This document shows, one piece after another, positions 38,501 through 50,400 of a DNA stretch of 64,000 nucleotides (within the stretch, counting starts at the first letter, position 1; every line of letters starts with the position of its first letter). Where the stretch lies: NCBI RefSeq assembly GCF_032062105.1, contig NW_026925642.1:186001-250000 (forward strand), written 5' to 3'. Source of the stretch: Saccostrea cucullata. Taxonomy: Eukaryota. A program made the position numbers and the translations under genes. The notes under the pieces were generated by a model. It ran no database searches and was not told the DNA's origin. It was given only the letters and a program-made list of their open reading frames with translations.

Positions 38501-40226
38501 AAATGCATAAATGTTTAAAAAAAATTACAATCACTATGCTTAATTAACAATGTGACCTTCCAAAAAGCGATGGTATCTAGTATTGTTATAAATGCAAAAT
38601 TAAAAGAAAACGGAAGAGGACTTGGAAATGGAGATTTGAATTTTGTATCATTATTATCATGATTTATTAAAAAGATTGTGTTATAAAGTGAATATGTATT
38701 AAGTTTTTTTTTTCCATTTTGCGACGTACTATTTCGGACCGACAAAAATCACTTCGGACCGGCTTATTTTGTTTTCTTGTCGGTCCGAATGACCGGCTAT
38801 CTGAAAAAGTTTTCCACAACTCTGTATTATTGTATGCAACAATAATTGAATCCAAGATTGTGTCAAATAGTGTATTGTCAATTTTGTATTAAATTCTGAA
38901 GACAATACTTGTGATTAAAATGTAGGATAGACCAATCATTTTCATTGGACAAAGGTTTCTGACGTAAAGTGTCAGTACATTTTTCTGTTAATTGCATGTG
39001 TGTCATTAAAATTTTTGAGAATCATTGAATTTAGTAGTATATAGACATCTAGTGGTTTGTGACCGTTTGTGGAAATGGAAGATAAAAAGCCTGTGACATG
39101 CAATGTTTTTAGTCCTGCTTGATGAAATTTTTCTAACATTATGTATGATATATACATATACATGCAATATGTATGAGACGAAGATAAATTCACTCGACAA
39201 GTTGCACAATCTAATCATACTTGTTTGTCTGTTCCACATCTGCTTTAAATGATGGATCTTCCTTTTTCTTCACCGCCACTGCTGGCTGGAACACTCTGTT
39301 TCCTTCTGTTTGCGTCGAAGAACTACAAAAAATTTAGGCATCAATAGTCATGAAGATAAATGTTAATGAATCAAAAATAATTTTCTCAGGAAAAAAATGA
39401 TTCTATTCGGGAATTTGAAAAGATGAGGTCATGGTAACATTTGATAATGGCTTAAAAGGCCTGTAGTTTGCAGAGAGCAAAAAAGAAACAAAAGAATAAT
39501 TACAACTACTCTACAATGTAATAAATGTATTTCATTTAATAATGCACTAGGTGTGTAGTCTCGATCAACCCATCTTTGCTAGTGAAGATGTATTCAACCA
39601 GATGCTCAGCTGTCTCCGTAAATTCCAACATCATGTGATGTCACAATATAGACTGTGTCTTGTGCAGTTTGAAGTTTGAAAAGGCAGATCAAAATTACAA
39701 GTGTAAGCTGTGTATAGATTTTTGATTGTAAAAATGGCACTCACCCTTACAGTCAGAGTCACACTGTAAAACATATCATTCATTACTTAAATAAAACCAC
39801 AATCTCATTGCATTTTTTAAAATCTTACTCTCTCGTTGTGACGTAATTCTTTAACAGTTCTTCCCTCTGCAACTTCTGCTTTAGATTTGACAGCTCCGAC
39901 TGAATATCGTCCCTCTGAATTTTCAGTTTCCAACATTTCTTTTTCAGTTTTTCATTTTCTGCTGTCAACTATAACATAAAATACACATCTATATATAGTC
40001 GTTTCTTATAAATCTTGTTAAACATACATGTCTTTCTCTTTTTTAGATGCCAAAATTCTGTAACAAAAAACATTTAAACCTAAAAATATAATGATATTCA
40101 AAGGAAATTCGGGTTAACTACATGTATCCTATGCATTTTGAATTCTCTTCACATCAGTGCCTAAAACGATATTTATCTCTGGTTGAACAATACCTGAATG
40201 CAAGTGTGAATATCTGGAAAAGACAT
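35530..40226 (-). CDS. Small coiled-coil protein with CEP290-like C-terminal motif, about 248 aa
   Basis: Exons 40226-40194, 39968-39829, 39322-39221, 37964-37874, 36503-36368, (optional 36111-36079), 35860-35766, 35679-35530; GT-AG, phases consistent. C-terminus LRTELKGLDFGFFEEIEDLKFGL..LRKVCIQFGV. Confidence 0.75.
36512..37171. repeat. Minisatellite, 15 copies of a 43-bp unit (some 48 bp)
   Basis: Unit aaatactgagacttttgaggagatagctgatgatctgagtcgt, near-identical copies. Confidence 0.95.
38015..38824. mobile_element. hAT-like MITE with 5-bp TSD
   Basis: TATTA|CAGAGTTGTGGAAAA...TTTTCCACAACTCTG|TATTA; subterminal (g)accgg repeats. Confidence 0.75.
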
Positions 40227-41819
40227 TTTCTTGACATCTAATAAGTTTTCCGAAACATATCTATTTTATGATTTTTTTTTAAATTTATCATCTCCGAACA
40301 ACATCGCAACAAATAAACTTCCGGTATGTATAATTTGAAAATCTTCCCTGTAGCCTATCAAATCCCGGAATCCGGAAAAGGCTTTCCAACATTTTTACAC
40401 TAAACACAGAGAATCTAAGACTTAGTTACGTGTTTATTACACACTTGCTATATATCATATATATATGACTAAGTAAATAAAAAAGAAGTTAATCAGTTTC
40501 AATATTAACACACACAGTTCCATGGCAGAGCAGCTAGCCTGGGTTTCCTAAGTGAAACAAGTATGGCATCCATGTAAATATATATATATCCTTTTGCAAG
40601 CCAAAAGTGTAAGATCTATTTATTCTCTCAACTCTCAAGGAGCAACGCAAACCTAACACCATTGGCTTGTATAGATAAGGATATTTATAAATTTTGTTTA
40701 CATGTTAAAACTTGTAAAATACAGTCTAACTTCACCATCTCCAACTTGTGGGGAGAAAGAAAAAAATTTGATGTATCCAAATAGTTATATTTGCAAATAT
40801 TTTCTCCGATATAACATTTTAAGCAATGCATATCTATCACCGTAGATAAACTTTTTTGACAATATTTCAGTCATAATTGTTTGACGAAATTTCTCAGAGA
40901 TGTCATAAAGGGTCGACGCCCAGCTTTAAATAGATTAAACTTGTTTTGCTGAGATTAGAAAAATTCAAAATTTCGTAAGTTAGTGATAAAAATCAGTAAG
41001 TAATGTATAATAAATTGGTCACAAATGTAGGATACTTAATCAAATTTAACATAAAGCCCTTATTGCTAGCCTTATTCAAGAGGCAAGATATCAACGGTTA
41101 TAAATACTTAAAGAATACTCAGTACCAGGTAAATGGTTGGGCCTTCTAATTCACTCCAACATATCCAATGTATTTAAGATATTATTTTGATACCAAAGTG
41201 CAACTGCATCACTTTCATTCATAATACTGGACAGCAACACAAAAAGAAAAAAAGATAATAAATAATTTAATGGAATTGGATCAGATTCAATGGGTTTAAC
41301 AACATGTAATAACTGACACTATAAGATTGTTAGGTGACTGAGGTTTCACAATTTCATATATTTTAATATGGATATGTCAAGATATCATAAAAGCAAAGGA
41401 ATATTTCTCCTAGACTCAAAAGCTATAAAACATTTAAAGAACATATTAAATGCCTATAGGATGAATCCTAAGACTTGAAATCCTGCCCACTTTGAAGGCC
41501 TGTTGGACATTTCATCTCCCATTATAAAGCCTGGATGACATTTCCTTCTTCCTTAAACCCTGCTGGACATTTTCTCTGACTTAAGTCACAAGATTATTTT
41601 CTCTGACCACCAAAACTCTAAGACACTTCCTTCCTCTGTGTCAGTTGGACATTTTCTTTAACCTCAAAGCCAGCAGGGCATTTCCTCAGATGTCTTACAC
41701 TCAGTTCAGGTTTTTCATGTAGTGCAGTATTACACACTGCTGAATTATAAGCATAAAATATACATTCTAAGCACACAAGTCACAAGAAGTCATTCAGAAC
41801 TAGTAACAAATCTTGCACC

Positions 41820-43815
41820 CTAGTCTTCATCTGAGTCATCCAGTCCTCTCCGTTTAAACTGTCAAAATATAAATATATCAATGTTAATTCTTTTTCTAAG
41901 ATTCACTGTGCATGCAACATTTGGCTGAAAAAAAAACTATTTCAAATGTTCTTACACATTAGAATACATGTTTTTATACAAAAAAAACTGTAAAAATAAT
42001 TTTATTTCCTTTTTTCCCCTTAATTTTTTTCTCTTCATTTCACAAGTATATTTCCATATAGTATTCAATTTTGTATTATATACTGTCAAAATTGTAAAGT
42101 ACCTTTATGAAATTCACCTTAAAGTTAAGATAAAACACCAGACATAAAAAAATTAGATTCTTGGATAATTTAGACTGACCTTCACTGTGGTTTTCTTGGC
42201 TGTCTGTTCTGAAACTCTTTCTAACAAACTTTTCAGCTGTTGTTCTCCAATCTAAAGGTACAAAAAAAACATCTATATTTTCATCCTAAATACAATGAAT
42301 TAACATTATATAAATATTGCATGTAGTTGAGTGTAACATTGAAAATTTTCACCTTAAGAAAACCATTGTCAACGCCGAGGTTGACAATGGTTTTCGAGGG
42401 GTGAAAATTTTCAATGTAACACTCAACTACACGCAATATTGATTATATAATACTGAATGTTTTATACAAATACATATAACAGCGAACCGTGCACGCAAAA
42501 AGTCTGCGCAGTGGCTATTTTTTGAAATATCACCCGTCGTCATGCAGTGTTGACTGTTGCTACGGTGGAGGGCGTGGCTTCAATATTCAGTGGGTAATAG
42601 TGTTTTTTAACAAATGTTTCTCAACCAATCAGATTCAACAAATTTACATGAAAGTGTAATATTATATAATTAAATATTGAATGTAGTTGAGTGTAACATT
42701 GAAAATTTTCACCCCAAGAAAACCATTGTCAACCGAGGCGCAGCCGAGGTTGACAATGGTTTTCGAGGGGTGAAAATTTTCAATGTTACACTCAACTACA
42801 CGCAATATCTATTGTTATACTGAATGCTTTATACTGAATGTTTTATACAAATACATATAACAGTGAACCGTGCACGCATAAATTCTGCACAGTCACTATT
42901 TTTTGAAATATCACCCATCGTCAAGCAATGTTGACTGTTGCTACGCTGGAAAGCATGGCTTCATTATCCAGCGGGTAGTAGTGTTTTTTAACAAATGTTT
43001 CCTGACCAATTACATTCAACTAATTTAAATGAAAGTATAATATTTATATAATAGTGTTGTGTTTTGCGTGCACTATGCCTAAATAGGGGTGTTGCTAAAA
43101 CGCAGAACGGAAAACGGAACGGAAAGCGGAACGAAACGGAAAACGGAAAATAAATGTCAAGGAAAGAACAGAGAATCAGACATAAAGAGCAATATTCATG
43201 ATGTAAAAGTCATATTTAATGAAAAATCAACGTAAAATATGATATATTCGTGAATTATGCTACCCTGATAACACATGCATGCGATGGTCAAATAAATATA
43301 TACTGTGATATATATGTACTAACTAGTATCCGTCTTTCAAACGTTTCGTTCAAATCAATTTTTTAAAGACTGCTCATTTATAAACAAAAATCTTGTATTG
43401 AAATAGGCGGAAGGAAAAAAAAACTACTAGTATGTATACATACGTGTATCGGTAAAGACAAAAAAGAACTAGTTTTGACAAAGACCGATTATGCATACAT
43501 TGGCGAATCCGGGAATCTTGAAAAGGGAGGGGGTAGTTTGGGGTCGGAGTAGGTTCCCTCAGTCACACACATATATTGGTCACAAAAAGGACGGGAAGGG
43601 GGGGGGGTGTTTGCTCCCCTATAAATTAATCAGTGGCATATGTTATGCGTTGGAAAATTCAGATATGAATAGCTGGAATGTAAGAAAACATTTCTTGCAT
43701 CTTAGGAATTTAATAGCATGTTCAACTTTTTTTCCCTTGAATTGCAACTTTTCAGAACTGAGCGGAAAAACAAACAAAACAAACTCTAAAATGGTTTACG
43801 AAGTCATTCACCCCC

Positions 43816-43847
<32 letters not shown>

Positions 43848-46800
43848 GAAAAAAGAAATCACACTTTAACTTCATTAAACGTAAGGACGATGTATTAATT
43901 TTACTACAGTTAAGATTCTATTTTACATCTCCATCTATCCAGGATTTTAATTGATAAGATTTAGAAGCGACTCTAATTTGTATAAAATTTTAACAACCAA
44001 TTTACAATCGAAATGTTTATCCGGGCTTGCCGGAAAGGGTGCTCTAACAGTAATCTTAGAATTTTTTTTTTTACATTTCATTTTTCTTACCATTTACCAT
44101 GATTCATTAAGATAAATATCCCCCCCCATGTTTCCCAGACATAACCTTTATACTATAGAAATGATCACTGAAACCTCCAACACTTTCTGTCTGTTAAATT
44201 AAAGTAGTTAGTGAGTGTAAGAAAATAGTACTGAAAGAAATTAGAGCTACGTCATTACTCTATCAGCGGTTTTCGTAAGAGACTTAAAATGACTAATTCA
44301 ACTTGTATTTATTAAAGAGGAATTAAATATGTAAAAAATATATTGTTTCTGAGGAATTTATATATTTTAAATGATTTAATCTCAAATAATATTTTCCATT
44401 TTCCGTTCCGTTCCGTTTTCCGTTCCGCGTTTTAGCAACACCCGCCTAAATAGTAGTCAGGGTTTGACACATGGTGCACGAGCCGGAGGCGAGTGCACTA
44501 TGTGTCAAACCGTGACTACCATTTAGGCATAGTGCACGCAAAACACAACACTATTGTTATTATTATGCTGACTGTTGTTACTGTATAAAAACGGCAATAT
44601 TTTCTCCATTCCCAATGTTTCATCACCTGTTACATTCGTCTACTCTATTATGACGTCACCTTGTGCAACATGTACGTCATAATCTTTTTCTTTAATTTTG
44701 AACGTTCCATGCTTTAGGTGAAATCTACAGATAGTTTTAGAGAATAGTATTTGAGTGAAGGAAGGGGGATTGCAAGAAACTATTTTAGAAGAATTATTTT
44801 GTTTATCTTTACTCTTAAGTGTAAAATATTTGAAACTAAGTTTATATATATCATAGTACTTTACTATAGATAACGGCGTCTATGGCGTAATCGGCAGCAC
44901 GTCGGACTGACAATCTCGGGGTCGTGAGTTCGCTCCCCTGTATGGGCGTTGTCCGATTTTCCTCAGACATGTAAGCCGTGCACTATTATGGCATAGTATG
45001 CTTACGCTATATAAATCCTTAGAACACTATGCGAGAATAGTAGGGTATGGGTTATATAGAGACAAACTGACAGGAAGCATAATAATATAACATATGAACC
45101 TAACCAAACCTGAAGTTATTCCATATTTTTGAAAGGGAGGTCAAAACAAAAAACAAAATGAAGAAAAATCAAAAGAAGAACACATTAATGTCTTCTAATT
45201 ATTTTTTATTTTATTTTATTTATATCAAATGTACATTACACGTGTTGTACATTAGACATTTTGTTACAAATGGGAAGACTTTGAAATAGTTTTAGCAGAA
45301 AAAATTGATGTGTAGTTCTAGTATCATCAACAGCTAATGCTCTAAAAAATGAGTGAAATGTCAGGAAGTAAACCATATAGGTTTTCAACTCTTGACAGAA
45401 AACAAATAAGAGATTACTATTAAAAAGACATCCACGTATTACAATAGAGCTCTAAAAAAGAAATAAGGTTTAGGGGTAGATTTTTTTTTTACCTTATTTT
45501 GAATTTGTCCTGTCTGTGCCATTTGACAAAGCATATTTTCCACCATTTGAGCTTTTTCTGGCTTAGCTACTGCTATTGTATTTACTGTGAAAGAAACAAA
45601 AATTAAAAGGATCTGTCCATAAATACAGGAAATACAGTAGGTTATCATTTCCCAGTTACACACTACATGCACACAATGCAACTGATAATAAAAAATGCAT
45701 TGAACTATACGAATTGTCTTGCTTCTTATATTTATAAAAACTCCATCAATTAGATCATTAAGGTATGGATATGATAATTAATCTCACATCTGGCTCTGGC
45801 CTGCTGGTCTAACACCTGGCTCAGGATAGAGTTCTTCATGTCCTGCATCTGTCTGGCCTTCTCCTCCTGTTCTTCCTGACCCTGGCGGCCAGCTCCTCCC
45901 TACAAAAACAAAGATACAAATGTTAAATGGTTTGCTAGCGTATATGTATGTCATTCAAACCAACTGGGTTAATGTTGTAAACAAAAAATATACTTTCTAT
46001 TAGTAGATTGTTTTCTTTACATTTTGATAATCTTTCTATGTATTTTGACAATCTTTCTATCAGACAATATTGTAATATAAGAAGCTATATAAAAAATAAA
46101 ATGACAAATGATATCTCAACTTGACTGAAAAGCACATTAAACTTCTGACAAAGTCTATATATCTTTGGATCAACTTGATAAAAGGGCTTTACTTGTTTTA
46201 CAAATTAAAGTAAATTGGATAGCTGATAATTTCTATTCCCACATGAAGACTTGAGTAGTTAAATCATTGATTTTCGGGGGTGGGTGGGTGGGGGGTAATT
46301 TTCGTGGTTTTCAAGGCATGAGGAGACCAAAGAATTTACGTCCACCATGAAATGTAATTTTTCACATACTGTAGACGTACTTTTTTCAACAGGGTCATAA
46401 TTCCGCGGAATCTCAATTTCTGTTTAATCCGCGAGTAGAAAATTACGCGGATTTCCTAGACTGTCACTATATGCCTTACATTCATATTAAAAACGCTTGG
46501 ACAAATTTCCACGGAAAATTTGTGACTGCGTACATTAATACCACGCAAAAAAAAGTACTTCTACAGTATATTACTACTCAATAATTCTTTTTCCATGCAC
46601 AGGCGTTTCTTTCATATAGCACGTTAGTTTTCTACTATTTTATAAAGTAGAAAACTAACGTACTGTATGAAACAAGCATCTGTGCTTCCACAAAATGAAA
46701 TTCCCATGAACCCATATCTTTTCCGTAAACCACAAAAATTTGATCTCACAAAAATATGTGATTTTACAGCAATAATTGACATGCATGCAAGTAAATTTAT

Positions 46801-47211
46801 CTTTGAATAATTTGTTTATACATACTTCAATAGTTTTTTTTTTTGAAATTCTTGTGTTAATTAGGGAACTTATCCCCCCCTCCCCAACCACCACCACCAC
46901 CATTTGCACTGACACATTACTTTGATGATGGTCTACTTTAGATGTTACATTTATTGTACGCATTCAGTAACTTCAGTAAGTAACCATTACCTATACATGA
47001 TACAGCAAATTCTAGAATGTAGCATGTGTAACCGTTTATAAAATACTGTTACACTTGAAATATTTCATTGCTGTGCTTTTTTTAATTCTCTTTTCAGTAT
47101 TTAGAGTATCTGTTTACTCCTTATTTAAAAGTGATGACATTTTACCCCATATTGGGACTGTAATTGGGCCATTCTTTGGGCCCTCAGTGCTTCTAACTCT
47201 TCATCCGCCAT
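41820..47211 (-). CDS. PDCD5: Programmed cell death protein 5, 5 exons, 126 aa
   Basis: Exons 47211-47146, 45899-45788, 45584-45493, 42251-42180, 41858-41820. [70 protein letters not shown]. Confidence 0.95.
42306..43021 (+). mobile_element. Two tandem copies (about 355 bp) of a palindrome-headed non-autonomous element (Crypton-like)
   Basis: Each copy starts with a hairpin with arms of about 65 bp (gtagttgagtgtaacattgaaaattttcacc..ttgtcaac / gttgacaa..ggtgaaaattttcaatgt.acactcaactac) and ends ccaat..ttcaac.aattta.atgaaagt.taat. Confidence 0.7.
43087..44443. mobile_element. MULE-like non-autonomous element
   Basis: TIR GGGTGTTGCTAAAACGC..(aacgg)n / (ccgtt)n..GCGTTTTAGCAACACCC; 10-bp TSD GCCTAAATAG. 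Confidence 0.8.
44877..44948 (+). pseudogene. tRNA-like sequence (tRNA-Lys-derived 3' half) inside a mobile element
   Basis: A-box TGGCGTAATCGG, B-box-like GAGTTCGCTCC; AATCTCGGGGTCGTGAGTTCG..CCCC....TGGGCG resembles eukaryotic tRNA-Lys(CUU); stems are imperfect. Confidence 0.55.
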
Positions 47212-47484
47212 GTTTCTGTGACAAACATTTAAAACCTGGGACTGAAAGAATTAACAGTTCCGGAATAGTCTTCAATGTCAATATCCTTGTAAACTGCACA
47301 ATCTTCAGAATCGAATTGGGACCCCAACATTGCTTTAATTAAGAGTAAAATTCTTGTTTTAATATCCAGTAATTTTTCTCCATATGTTTCATCCAAAAAG
47401 ATAATTTAGTTGGGTTTTTTTTCGGATAAAAAAAATTATGTGTTTGGATTTTACACAAAATATACAAGTTCCGATGTAAACATC
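47212..47484. promoter_or_regulatory. Bidirectional promoter PDCD5/CCNDBP1
   Basis: Head-to-head ATGs separated by 273 bp; ETS-like TTCCGGAA at about 47258. Confidence 0.65.
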
Positions 47485-50400
47485 ATGGCTGAAAATGTAT
47501 CACATGGATCACCTATTTCCAGTTTTCTACAAAATATTGACTTAGCAAGACAGCAGATCAGAGGTGACACAGCCAAGCCACCTAAATTCTTTAATACATA
47601 AATTTTAAAGACTATTTTAAGTGGAATTTTCTTTTAAAATTTGTTTTCATGAACATCAAATGCTTTTAAAGTTTAAAGTTACCAATCTGCTCTAAACTAA
47701 ATAATGTTATCTGTGCTAAACTATTCTGTTTGGAAAATCTGAACTAGCAATGATATGGCTAGCCTAAACATATATTTTTTAAAATGAATTTAAGATGGAA
47801 GCTCTTCACACCGAGAAGACGGAGAATTTGATGCTGACAAACTCTGGTCCAGAATGGGTAGGGCTGATTTTGTGATTATATTGATCATTAATAATGATAC
47901 AGTGTATCATTCAATTTCATTCAATATCATTCAAATAATTCAATTTCATATAAACAAACTGTTATTCTTTACATACCATTAGAAAAATGGATTGTAAAAC
48001 CATCAATTAATATGAATATGTCAAATGAATAATTCATTTGATTAACTTTATTTACAGAGAATGTATTTAAAATAATATCACATGAAGCCACAAAGATATC
48101 CTTGGCCTTTAGTGGGAGTCCAGTGCCATCAGAAAAGGTAACATTCTTCTTCATGTAGTAAAGTGCAATATCATTGCAGGACTTGTGTCTTTGCATACTT
48201 TCCACTGTCAGTTAAGTTAGACCTGTAAGTATACTTATAAATCTAAAGTACTTGAAGATTTTCGACTTCTTCAATCTTCATACAATCTCTAATTCTTATA
48301 GACATACATAAACACAAAGTGTAGCATCTTAATTGTTTAATATATGTATTAAGTCTTATCAATGCTTAAGCAAGATTGAATGCAGCTTGTGAACTTGATT
48401 TGCTGTCTTGGAAAGACTTTTCTGATTTTTTTTTTATTTTTAGGAATGCACTTCACTGTTTAGTTCTGCAGAAAAAGCAACACTGGCTCTTGTTTCAGTA
48501 TTCTACTCCCTGCCAATATCACAAGGTTTGAAGATTTATTTTTATAATCAACTATTACCATGATTCCATTATTGTCATATACTCATATTCTCTTTAAAGT
48601 TAAAAGTTTAAGTTTAAAGAAAATATTTTCATCTCCTCCTCTGAGGAGATCATAAATAAACTCTGTCATATTTGAATTACATGTACTAAACAAAAATATT
48701 TTATGCATTGTACTTTTAATACACACATGTGACATGTAGTCTGTTGTTGTTTAGGTATGAGGTTACAGAAATCAACAAGAGAAGCCGTGCTTTCCCTGCT
48801 GGACAGCTTGAGGGAGCTGATATCCAGTATCCATGAGGGATGTCGTGGGTAAAGGAAACTCCTGTTGGTTCTATATTTAACTTGATTTTCTATTCATTTT
48901 AATGATAATGTCTGTACTTGTTTTCATTTTACAGTAACCAGCAACAGCTGCAGTCAACAGGAGCTGTTTGGCAGGAGGCTGATCTTTTTGTTAGAATTCC
49001 AAAGAGTAAGGAATAATTCAAAATCCCTCGTGTATTCCATAACTGGTAGTTAAAAATGATTTCATTAATTTTTTTGGAGATCCTTAGAATAGCAAAGGTT
49101 TAAAGACAAAAAAGTTATGGATTTTTGATTAGATAAAGTAAAATATGAAGATAACAAATAGCAATTAAACATTATAAATTGTGAGCAGAGTCAACATGTA
49201 TCACTGAAAACAGGGGTTGGGAAGAAGGAGAAAGCATCCCCTGTAAACTGGTCACACCCATCATGTTTCCTGATTAGGTAAACAGAAAAAATATATGTAG
49301 ATGATAGAGTGTGAAAATAATGGCCTGGCAATTTGTATGAAAGATTGGACCCAACAAGATATTTTATTTGCAAACAAGGTCATTGTATCAACCATAGAAA
49401 GTGCAAAATGTGTTTTAAAAATGATTGTTAATGAAATCAGAGGACTTATAAATAATTTAACTCACTCTTTACACAGTATTTCATTATATGAAGGATAAGG
49501 GGGATCAAGTTGATTACAAGATATAAAACTATGATTTCATTTTCCTCTTTAGATAACAGGGAAGCTGTCATTCAGGAACTGAAGATATCCTCCCAGCTGA
49601 TCAGGGATGCTTTAACAGAGCTAGAGCAGGTAGATGGGGCAGAAACATCTTTGTTGAGAAAAGCTAGAAATAAAAAGGATCAATAATATGATTGTGCTGA
49701 TTTAAGATGCATGGAGATCTATGAGTAAATGTTATTTCTATAATAGCACATATTCTTTGAGAAAGATTTTATGACCATTTTTATGGAAAAAAAATTTAAG
49801 AATCTAATTTTGATATCTTGAACATGGTGAAATTATTAAAACTTTCCACTGTAATAAATGTCAGTATTGAATTCATTGCATCAGAAGTTAAAGCCCCTGA
49901 CTTCAACATATTTATACCCCCCGCAAACGAAGTTTGGGGGGGTATATAGGAATCACCTTGTCCGTCTGTTCGTCTGTCTAATGCAAACGTGTCCGGTCCA
50001 TATCTTTCTTACGGAGGAACATTAGAATCTACTACTCCACACAAAGATTGCCCATGACCTAAGGGTGTGTCATGACCTTGACCAAGGTCATTTGGGGAAG
50101 TTCAAGGTCACTGGAAGAAAAAGTTCATAATTCGTGTCCTGTCCATATCTTTCTTATCAGTGTACGAAACTTGGAAAAAAATTAGGTGGACCAACAGGGC
50201 TGACTACTCAAAAAGTCAGTCAGCCCTGCTGAAAATTAGCAAGCCCGCATTCTGAAATAAAAAAATTAAATAAATTGAGTGTGTTAGATTTTAAGCATCT
50301 CTATTAAATTATTGATATAAAGAAATTTTAAAGAAGTAAAAATATTATGCTATGATTTAAAATTATGTAAGTTTATTTTTGAATTAATAAAAACAAAAAT

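Larger units (their letters stand above)
43045..45090 (+). mobile_element. Third palindrome-headed element, split by a MULE insertion
   Basis: Left arm atagtgttgtgttttgcgtgcactatgcctaaat (43051) pairs with atttaggcatagtgcacgcaaaacacaacactat (44521); loop gagccggaggcgag. The 3' boundary is approximate. Confidence 0.6.

Noticed and set aside
39745-39763. 19-nt micro-exon (tttacag..gtgagt) in the CEP290-like gene
   Set aside because: It would shift the frame; the flanking exons join in phase without it. It could only be a poison exon, and there is no evidence for that.
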